Source of the DNA: a virus
IMG/VR virus record: IMGVR_UViG_3300045988_160113
Span: 1 to 64,000 of that record
Length of the DNA: 64,000 nt
Reading direction: 5' to 3' (one strand)
Shown here: positions 6,787-12,378 of the stretch, one piece after another
Numbering within the stretch: the first letter of the stretch is position 1
Layout of the letters: each line of letters begins with the position of its first letter
Program-made: the position numbers and the translations under genes
The notes under the pieces: generated by a model
Seen by the model: only the letters and a program-made list of their open reading frames with translations
Told to the model about the DNA's origin: nothing
Databases searched by the model: none

Positions 6787-7266
6787 TTACTCCCCTTTCA
6801 TCAAAAGACGGAGTAACTCCTCAATGATGTTTGCCTGTGTCGGGTCGATAGTCTCACCCAAATGCCAACCGGCACGCACTTTCTCATTATCATCAATGAG
6901 AATCGCATTCTTTGCGCGGTCACGCACACTGTCGGCCTTGGTCGCGCCATACTGGACGCCGTGAAAATGGTCATAGATGAAGCCCCACTTTTCAAGCCAT
7001 GCGCGCTTAGCTTCACGAACAGCATCCTTGTATTCCTCGCTGGAGTTCTTCGACAGCCATGTGATGATGTTGATTTCCCAGCCAGCAGCGCGCAGAAGCT
7101 CACAGACATAGTTGAGCAATTCCATGTCCCACATAGGTGCGGCGTTCTCATAGGGAGAGGTATCTTCCGCACGCAGTTTGGAGAGCCAGTTGTCAACGGA
7201 GTAAGTCGCTCCGAGTGTGCCGTCCATATCGAAGCAAATCATTTTCGTGTTTTTTTCGTCTTTCAT
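6787..7266 (-). CDS. HAD-superfamily phosphatase, 5'(3')-deoxyribonucleotidase-like
   Basis: Trimmed to the ATG at 7266. Motif I FDMDGTL, with ILIDDN near the C-terminus. Confidence 0.6.
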   Translation of the reverse strand: MKDEKNTKMICFDMDGTLGATYSVDNWLSKLRAEDTSPYENAAPMWDMELLNYVCELLRAAGWEINIITWLSKNSSEEYKDAVREAKRAWLEKWGFIYDHFHGVQYGATKADSVRDRAKNAILIDDNEKVRAGWHLGETIDPTQANIIEELLRLLMKGE

Positions 7267-7299
7267 TCGTGTTTTCTTCCTTTCCTTTATTGTATACAT

Positions 7300-7358
7300 A
7301 GTATAGCACGAACCATAATGAATGTCAAGTGTATGTAGTATTCTGTCCAGACTACTAC
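7300..7358 (-). promoter_or_regulatory. early promoter plus array palindrome (unit 9)
   Basis: TTGACA (7323-7328), N17, TATACT (7300-7305). Palindrome GTAGTATTCTG-TC-CAGACTACTAC at 7335-7358, 6-nt gap. Confidence 0.7.
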
Positions 7359-7360
7359 AT

Positions 7361-7386
7361 AAAAGAGGACGAATTATTCGTCCTCT
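7361..7386 (-). terminator. terminator hairpin whose 3-nt loop is the stop codon
   Basis: Minus strand AGAGGACGAA-TAA-TTCGTCCTCT. The loop at 7374-7376 is the TAA stop. Confidence 0.6.
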
Positions 7387-7772
7387 CCAATGCTCTGATT
7401 CATAGAATCGAGAATTTCATGGCACTTGTTCATTCGTTGAACAACATCATACCACACATTGGAATCGGAATCATAAGCATAAAATTTACTGCCATATCCG
7501 ATATCCTCGCTGAGAAAATAATAACCTGCTTCATCGAACATTTCTGACAGAAAATTCCATGCTTCTTCATTAGCACAATAAATAAACTCAACATCGTCGA
7601 TAGAATCGGGGCTAATGGGAAGCTCAACCATTTTGCCACAAATCTTTTTGAAGAAATGAACCTTTTTACTCCATTTCAAAGATTTATGCTCGAATTCATG
7701 CTGACGACATTCAGATTCATTGGTGAATTTTTCTCCGCAAATGTCGCAAACATAAAAAATCTGTCTATTCAT
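7374..7772 (-). CDS. C2H2 zinc-finger protein, paralog 2 of 3
   Basis: Trimmed to the ATG at 7772 (MNRQIFYVC). CDICGEKFTNESECRQHEFEH fits C-x2-C-x12-H-x3-H. Confidence 0.65.
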   Translation of the reverse strand: MNRQIFYVCDICGEKFTNESECRQHEFEHKSLKWSKKVHFFKKICGKMVELPISPDSIDDVEFIYCANEEAWNFLSEMFDEAGYYFLSEDIGYGSKFYAYDSDSNVWYDVVQRMNKCHEILDSMNQSIGEDE

Positions 7773-7801
7773 TGTATATTCCCCTTTCCTTTGATGATAT
7801 G

Positions 7802-7860
7802 AGTATAACATACTATCACATAATTGTCAAGAAAGTGTAGTAGTCTACTCAGACTACTAC
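7802..7860 (-). promoter_or_regulatory. early promoter plus array palindrome (unit 10)
   Basis: TTGACA (7825-7830), N17, TATACT (7802-7807). Palindrome GTAGTAGTCTA-CT-CAGACTACTAC at 7837-7860, 6-nt gap. Confidence 0.7.
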
Positions 7861-7874
7861 ACCAAAAGGGGGAA

Positions 7875-8273
7875 TTAGTTCCCCCTGATGACTTTATTGA
7901 TTTTGTTGCTAAGCCCAATAAAGTAGTTCATCTTCTTTTCGAGGCAGAACCAGTCACTTGTATCATAGTCATAAACAAAGATATGACCATCGGCGCGGAT
8001 ATCTTTTGTGGGATAACCGTATCCTCTCCAGTCAAATGCTTCCTCAATGATATCCCAAGCCTCATCAGTGCCATCGCAATAAATTATGGTGCACTCATCA
8101 GCAGATTCACAAGTAAGAGGAAGTTCAATAAAGATGCCATCCTTTTCTTTCATAAACTTGACGCGATTTTTGACTAGCTCAAACTTGTGTTCCCATTCGT
8201 GCTGGAAGCAGTCTTCACTATCATCGAAGACCTCGCCGCAGTAATCGCAGATATAAGTAGTATTTTCCGTCAC
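7875..8273 (-). CDS. C2H2 zinc-finger protein, paralog 3 of 3
   Basis: GTG start at 8273, 6 nt after AAAGGAAAGGAGAA. CDYCGEVFDDSEDCFQHEWEH. Confidence 0.6.
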   Translation of the reverse strand: MTENTTYICDYCGEVFDDSEDCFQHEWEHKFELVKNRVKFMKEKDGIFIELPLTCESADECTIIYCDGTDEAWDIIEEAFDWRGYGYPTKDIRADGHIFVYDYDTSDWFCLEKKMNYFIGLSNKINKVIRGN

Positions 8274-8304
8274 TGTAAATTCTCCTTTCCTTTTTTGTAA
8301 ATAT

Positions 8305-8363
8305 AATATACTCCAATTTTGCGTATTTGTCAAGTTTACGTAGTAGTCTGTCCAGACTACTAC
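8305..8363 (-). promoter_or_regulatory. early promoter plus array palindrome (unit 11)
   Basis: TTGACA (8328-8333), N17, TATATT (8305-8310). Palindrome 8340-8363, 6-nt gap. Confidence 0.65.
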
Positions 8364-8375
8364 ACTTTCACTTTA

Positions 8376-8439
8376 CGCGCGCTTGTGGAAAATCTACAAA
8401 GTCCGGCATAAACTTTTATAAAAAATCCACAAGCGCGCG
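8376..8439. repeat. 14-bp perfect GC-rich inverted repeat CGCGCGCTTGTGGA / TCCACAAGCGCGCG with a 36-nt loop
   Basis: Arms at 8376-8389 and 8426-8439, directly after the stop of the 8444-8761 gene. Confidence 0.8.
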
Positions 8440-8443
8440 AGAA

Positions 8444-8761
8444 TCAGTGTTTACTATTCTTCAAACTTGAATACTTCTTATAATTGTGTAACAAAGTTCT
8501 ATAAACTTCTTTTGGAATCTGCATACCATCATAGAAAACTGCTACTTGGTCGAAAGTAATCAAATACGCAGTAATTACAATATGGTTCTCCCCTACAATC
8601 AAACAACATCCCGTATCAGTCAAACACTTTTTCACTCCACCAACTGCTGGTCTTTCATCAATAATTTCGCCCAGTCCATCACCTAACAAAATTTCCAGCA
8701 TACGGTCATCTCGTTCTTCTCTGATGTGACGCGACCAAATCAAGTTCGACATTTTTTCCAT
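8444..8761 (-). CDS. hypothetical protein (105 aa)
   Basis: ORF with its own RBS GAAAGGTGA. More AT-rich than neighbouring cassettes. Confidence 0.55.
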   Translation of the reverse strand: MEKMSNLIWSRHIREERDDRMLEILLGDGLGEIIDERPAVGGVKKCLTDTGCCLIVGENHIVITAYLITFDQVAVFYDGMQIPKEVYRTLLHNYKKYSSLKNSKH

Positions 8762-8890
8762 ACTTTATCACCTTTCTATCAGGACAGGCGGCGCGGCGTA
8801 TAAGGTATCTATTCCACGGAAATCTCAATCTCCCCTTATCCGCGCACCTTTATGAAACTTTCTATTGTTTCTCCTGTCCTTTGATGATAT

Positions 8891-8949
8891 GAGTATAACA
8901 TACTATATTGATAATGTCAAGAGAGTGTAGTAGTCTGACCAGACTACTA
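8891..8949 (-). promoter_or_regulatory. early promoter plus array palindrome (unit 12)
   Basis: TTGACA (8914-8919), N17, TATACT (8891-8896). Palindrome 8926-8949, 6-nt gap. The leader carries the conserved RBS AAAGGACAGGAGA but no start codon at the usual distance. Confidence 0.65.
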
Positions 8950-8965
8950 CACAAAAGAGAAACGC

Positions 8966-9334
8966 TCAATGCGCCTCTCTCCAAATTTTCATCACTGTAT
9001 CATCTTCAAATGAATCAGTGTCATTATCTTCAATCCATAACAGTAAGAAGTCATTATCTTCGACTTCAATGTCACTAACCGCCCAATATTGACCCTGTTC
9101 GTCAAGCAAAACCAACTTGTCTCCGTCTCGTCTGTACAGCTCAGCTCCAACAAAACGAATACTACCACGACGCTCGCCGCCGCACCATTGCTCGATGACA
9201 CTCAGGTCGAACGAAACAGGAGCTTCCTCACAGGCCATAGCTTCAGGGGTCTTGAGCGCCGCGAAAGCCAGAATGATGACAAGAGGAAGAGTAATGAAGA
9301 TAACCTTGATAATAGAATTGATAACAGTTTTCAT
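8966..9334 (-). CDS. secreted or membrane-anchored hypothetical protein
   Basis: 122 aa. N-terminal hydrophobic segment IIKVIFITLPLVIILAFAAL followed by AMA-C. Confidence 0.55.
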   Translation of the reverse strand: MKTVINSIIKVIFITLPLVIILAFAALKTPEAMACEEAPVSFDLSVIEQWCGGERRGSIRFVGAELYRRDGDKLVLLDEQGQYWAVSDIEVEDNDFLLLWIEDNDTDSFEDDTVMKIWREAH

Positions 9335-9382
9335 AATTGATTCCTTTCCGGTTTATGATGTTTTCCTTCACCTGATAGATAC

Positions 9383-9440
9383 ATTATACCACGTTTTACT
9401 TATCTGTCAACCCCTTGTAGTAGTCTGACCAGACTACTAC
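9383..9440 (-). promoter_or_regulatory. early promoter plus array palindrome (unit 13)
   Basis: TTGACA (9405-9410), N16, TATAAT (9383-9388). Palindrome 9417-9440, 6-nt gap. Confidence 0.7.
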
Positions 9441-9454
9441 ACAATAATGGAGAC

Positions 9455-9619
9455 TTACGTCTCCAAATTTTCCATTAGCATTTCATAAATAGTCATATAT
9501 TCCTCATAACTTCCGGCGTGCATATTACAAAAATTGTTGATGTTTTCCTCGCTGAAATCTCCATCGCAGAACCAGATAGCAATGCTTTTTCTCAACTGTT
9601 CAATGGTCATAGTTTTCAT
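9455..9619 (-). CDS. small hypothetical protein (54 aa, below the ORF-track cutoff)
   Basis: Hand-translated as MKTMTIEQLRKSIAIWFCDGDFSEENINNFCNMHAGSYEEYMTIYEMLMENLET. Has the conserved leader. The TAA stop lies in the loop of GGAGAC-GTAA-GTCTCC. Confidence 0.5.
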   Translation of the reverse strand: MKTMTIEQLRKSIAIWFCDGDFSEENINNFCNMHAGSYEEYMTIYEMLMENLET

Positions 9620-9641
9620 TTCCTTTCTTTATTGTATCTAC

Positions 9642-9699
9642 ATTATATCATACAATATCTAAAAGTCAACCCCTTGTAGTAGTCTGGACAGACTACTAC
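9642..9699 (-). promoter_or_regulatory. early promoter plus array palindrome (unit 14)
   Basis: TTGACT (9664-9669), N16, TATAAT (9642-9647). Palindrome GTAGTAGTCTG-GA-CAGACTACTAC at 9676-9699, 6-nt gap. Confidence 0.7.
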
Positions 9700-9726
9700 A
9701 CAGAGAGAGGGAGAAATTCCCCCTCT

Positions 9727-10002
9727 TTATTTGCTCCAAGAAATGAAAAGTGTGTTGTCCACGTAGGAGGCTTTATAGCCATAATCCTGCATAATATCTT
9801 TACAAGCTCGCTTGACGTCTACTCCATTTAGCGAAGTAAGATTACAAGCGTAACACGTTTCTCCCGCCTCTGCCATACGCTCAATTTCCGGCATGATGTG
9901 GTCTTCGATAAATGCGCGAGCAAGGGCATTATTTTTAGCTTGGATTTCTCTGCGAGCTTCCTTGGCTTTGCTTGTCATTTCATAAGCATATTTGATTTTC
10001 AT
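9727..10002 (-). CDS. hypothetical protein (91 aa)
   Basis: Trimmed to the ATG at 10002 (MKIKYAYE) after AAAGGAAAGGGAGAA. Confidence 0.55.
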   Translation of the reverse strand: MKIKYAYEMTSKAKEARREIQAKNNALARAFIEDHIMPEIERMAEAGETCYACNLTSLNGVDVKRACKDIMQDYGYKASYVDNTLFISWSK

Positions 10003-10032
10003 AGTATTTTCTCCCTTTCCTTTGATGTTTTT

Positions 10033-10061
10033 ATTATAACATATAGGGCTTGTTTTGTCAA
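10033..10061 (-). promoter_or_regulatory. early promoter without palindrome (unit 15)
   Basis: TTGACA (10056-10061), N17, TATAAT (10033-10038). Only 19 nt separate it from the upstream stop codon. Confidence 0.55.
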
Positions 10062-10080
10062 GTCTTATATGCAATTTCTT

Positions 10081-10389
10081 TTAGCAATAGGCGAGATTCC
10101 CGCGCGCCCAGCCATAAATGCTAATTTGCGCGCAGGCTCGACCAATTTCCAGCGCGAGCTTCTTGGTATTCACGCGCTTGGAGCGGTCAACATAATACAC
10201 ACCATTTTCCAGCCAAACACCGCAGTTACCATCATAGGACTTGACAGCGCGCATAGCTTCTTCGGGAGTAGAGCATTCGACGCCTTCGGTAGCTACTTGC
10301 CAGCCCGTCTTGTAGCGGATGATACGACCTGCGCGCAGAGTAAGACCGTCGTTGTTAGCGAGTTTACGAATTGAACGAACATTTATCAT
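10081..10389 (-). CDS. hypothetical protein (102 aa)
   Basis: Trimmed to the ATG at 10389 (MINVRS) after AAAGGAAAGGAGAA. GC-rich and contains four GCGCGC-type sites. Confidence 0.55.
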   Translation of the reverse strand: MINVRSIRKLANNDGLTLRAGRIIRYKTGWQVATEGVECSTPEEAMRAVKSYDGNCGVWLENGVYYVDRSKRVNTKKLALEIGRACAQISIYGWARGNLAYC

Positions 10390-10418
10390 TGTATGTTCTC
10401 CTTTCCTTTGATGATACG

Positions 10419-10477
10419 AGTATACCATACAATAATATATTTGTCAATCCCTCGTAGTAGTCTGCCCAGACTACTAC
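10419..10477 (-). promoter_or_regulatory. early promoter plus array palindrome (unit 16, outermost copy)
   Basis: TTGACA (10442-10447), N17, TATACT (10419-10424). Palindrome 10454-10477, 6-nt gap. Confidence 0.7.
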
Positions 10478-10513
10478 ACCGACCGACGAATAAAAGAGTG
10501 AATATTCACTCTC

Positions 10514-10777
10514 CTATTCAACTATGATGATTTTCTTTTTTGTATCAATAGAAACAGAATATTTTAAATCAAAATTGAAACTATCCCAAAAAATCGCTGT
10601 ATAACCGTTCGGAATTTTTTTCCATCCGCTTCGCCAGTCTTTTTCTATTTCTTCATGTTCAAATAAATACTTTTCAAGATTCTTTTTCAATTTATTACTT
10701 TCTTTATTATAAAACCAACTGAAACGCCCGACAATTCCGGTTTTTGCATCAATAATATTTACTTTATAAATCGTCAT
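10514..10777 (-). CDS. hypothetical protein (87 aa, AT-rich)
   Basis: ORF with RBS AAAGAGGAA. Confidence 0.55.
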   Translation of the reverse strand: MTIYKVNIIDAKTGIVGRFSWFYNKESNKLKKNLEKYLFEHEEIEKDWRSGWKKIPNGYTAIFWDSFNFDLKYSVSIDTKKKIIIVE

Positions 10778-10825
10778 AGTTTATTCCTCTTTTCGTAAAT
10801 AGGGGAGAATTCTCTCCCCTATTTA

Positions 10826-11149
10826 CTATACTTCTTTCCAATCATCGCTATAAAGTGTCTCTAACTGTTCAATCAATTCCATCGCCTTTTCAAGACGCTC
10901 CATTCTGTCTTCGGCCTTGTTTCTATCCTCAACTAACACTTGCGCGATATCATACAGGGCATCGACCTTGCCTTCTTCTTCTCCCGCATCTTCGGCATCG
11001 TTCGCGGCTTTGAATGCTTTCTGTTCCTCATCCCAAGCCTTATCAACGGCGGCGCTCCACTCGGACTTGTGTCCATACAAGTCACGCCATTCAGCACTCA
11101 AAGCAATACGCAGGCGGTCAGCAGTGGTTTTATAGATATCAATTGTCAT
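10826..11149 (-). CDS. acidic coiled-coil-like hypothetical protein (107 aa)
   Basis: ORF with RBS GAGGGGA. Followed by the hairpin AGGGGAGA-ATTC-TCTCCCCT at 10801-10820. Confidence 0.55.
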   Translation of the reverse strand: MTIDIYKTTADRLRIALSAEWRDLYGHKSEWSAAVDKAWDEEQKAFKAANDAEDAGEEEGKVDALYDIAQVLVEDRNKAEDRMERLEKAMELIEQLETLYSDDWKEV

Positions 11150-11164
11150 TGTAAATCCCCTCTC

Positions 11165-11290
11165 TTAGCGGCGAGCCTTGCGGCTCTTGATATACTTTTT
11201 TACTTCCCATTCGGCCCAGTCAATCATAGCTCCCATGCCCAGGACGCTAAACCCGATGACAATCAGCACCAACTCATTATGTAAACCCAT
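11165..11290 (-). CDS. small membrane protein (41 aa)
   Basis: Trimmed to the ATG at 11290 (MGLHNELVLIVIGFSVLGMGAMI...) after AAGAGGTGG. One TM helix and a basic tail. Confidence 0.45.
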   Translation of the reverse strand: MGLHNELVLIVIGFSVLGMGAMIDWAEWEVKKYIKSRKARR

Positions 11291-11309
11291 TCTATCCACC
11301 TCTTTCTTA

Positions 11310-11336
11310 GGTGATGAGGCTTTACGCCTCATCACC
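11310..11336 (-). terminator. strong hairpin with the stop codon in its loop (attenuator or terminator; no U-tract)
   Basis: Minus strand GGTGATGAGGC-GTAAA-GCCTCATCACC. The TAA stop of the 11322-11888 gene lies in the loop. Confidence 0.4.
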
Positions 11337-11888
11337 AAGTCCCAACCGTTCGGCCAGCCAGTCAACACGCTTACCTGCTGTCAGGTTGAACGGGAGTCTA
11401 CCGCGCGCGTTCACATAGTCCATGACCTCGGCTTTCTTGATAAGCCATACACCAACAGCGTTGACCAGCAGTGTAAACTCGCGTTCGCTCGGAGTAGCAA
11501 GTGCGTTACAGGTGAGAGAGGTCTTGACCTCGCAAGGGATACAGCCCATTTTGAAGTCGTAGCCGTCGCCAAACGTCTTGCTCACAGCTTCCTTGCTCAC
11601 GCCAAAGTGGTATTTTACAACACACTCCACGATAGAACCAGCGTTGCAGAGGGAGAAGCCGCGCTCATCATCACCGCGGCAACCCTCGACCGTCAGCTCA
11701 ACGTCAGCCGGAACGGACATGAGAACGGATTCGAGCTTTTCCATTTTGCGGATTGCTTTCGCACAGTTAGAACGACCAATGCGATTTTCAGTGGTTTTCA
11801 AGTCGTTTTGACGTTCAATTTCGCGCTCGCAGATATCAAACCATGCGCCCGCGGTTTTAGTGCTAACGTTTGAATAAGTATTGTTCAT
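11322..11888 (-). CDS. hypothetical protein (188 aa)
   Basis: GC-rich ORF with RBS AAAGGGGAA. First gene downstream of the promoter at 11946-11973. Confidence 0.6.
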   Translation of the reverse strand: MNNTYSNVSTKTAGAWFDICEREIERQNDLKTTENRIGRSNCAKAIRKMEKLESVLMSVPADVELTVEGCRGDDERGFSLCNAGSIVECVVKYHFGVSKEAVSKTFGDGYDFKMGCIPCEVKTSLTCNALATPSEREFTLLVNAVGVWLIKKAEVMDYVNARGRLPFNLTAGKRVDWLAERLGLGDEA

Positions 11889-11945
11889 TTTTGTTCCCCT
11901 TTTCGATTTTATTTTGTCAAGTGGTTTTCCCTCTTGACATTATTC

Positions 11946-11973
11946 ATTATAGCAGACTACGACATAAAGTCAA
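11946..11973 (-). promoter_or_regulatory. sigma70-type promoter for the 11888-10514 gene group
   Basis: TTGACT (11968-11973), N16, TATAAT (11946-11951). The leader resembles the one at 6690-6717. Confidence 0.55.
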
Positions 11974-11982
11974 GGGGATTTT

Positions 11983-12023
11983 GAGAAAAAGATGCACAAA
12001 AGGGAGGGGTAGTTTTTGTGCAT
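11983..12023 (-). terminator. rho-independent terminator
   Basis: Minus strand ATGCACAAAA-loop-TTTTGTGCAT followed by CTTTTTCTC. Confidence 0.6.
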
Positions 12024-12122
12024 TTTACCGATACATGAAAATGTGGACGACGTGAGGTGGACATTTCGCACTACGAAATTTGAAAATGAACTTTTACTAT
12101 CTAAATACTATTCAATCAACTA

Positions 12123-12278
12123 TCAACTCTTCCCCTTTACAATGCTCTTTACCATTATCCCAATCACGATAAACCCAGCAATCACCTGCAAAGGGCTTGT
12201 AAAAAAACCAATGATAATATTCGGTAAATGCCATAACAAAGCTAAAGCAATTAGACCTAAAATAAAAATTTTATACAT
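12123..12278 (-). CDS. small membrane protein (51 aa, below the ORF-track cutoff)
   Basis: Hand-translated as MYKIFILGLIALALLWHLPNIIIGFFTSPLQVIAGFIVIGIMVKSIVKGKS. RBS GAAAGGA. Confidence 0.35.
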   Translation of the reverse strand: MYKIFILGLIALALLWHLPNIIIGFFTSPLQVIAGFIVIGIMVKSIVKGKS

Positions 12279-12321
12279 AATAAATCCTTTCAATAGCAAT
12301 AGATTACTAATTAGTGTATTG

Positions 12322-12355
12322 TTAGTTAGTAGTAGTTAGTAGTAGTTAGTAGTAA
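12322..12355. repeat. tandem repeat (TTAGTAGTAG) x3
   Basis: Units at 12326-12335, 12336-12345 and 12346-12355, plus a partial leading unit. Shares the GTAGTAG core with the array palindrome arm. Confidence 0.8.
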
Positions 12356-12378
12356 TTATTCTTCGATTATTTTATTGT

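Noticed and set aside
2288-10477. The repeated 24-bp element could be a CRISPR array
   Set aside because: The repeats are perfect palindromes spaced about 500 bp apart. Complete promoter-RBS-gene-terminator units lie between them, not spacers of 30-40 bp, and no cas genes are present.
2288-10477. The palindromes could simply be intrinsic terminators of the upstream genes
   Set aside because: Most upstream genes already have a separate GC hairpin plus T-run immediately before the palindrome. The palindrome itself is not followed by a U-tract. Its distance is fixed relative to the downstream -35 box (6, 16-17 or 26 nt), not relative to the upstream stop codon.
1545-10477. An integron-like attC cassette array
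   Set aside because: No integrase or attI is visible in the window. Every cassette has its own promoter, unlike promoterless integron cassettes. The repeats are perfect and identical rather than imperfect attC-type sites. Recombinational shuffling at the modules remains possible but is not integron-like.
1650-11873. Long plus-strand ORFs in the left arm (1650-1907, 1709-2155, 2875-3543, 3822-4217, 5974-6645, 6862-7338, 7824-8177, 9898-10374, 10940-11284, 11178-11873)
   Set aside because: They are antisense shadows of minus-strand genes, typical of GC-richer coding DNA. They lack promoters and RBS, run across the promoter and palindrome modules, and have low-complexity Ala/Leu/Arg/Ser-rich translations.
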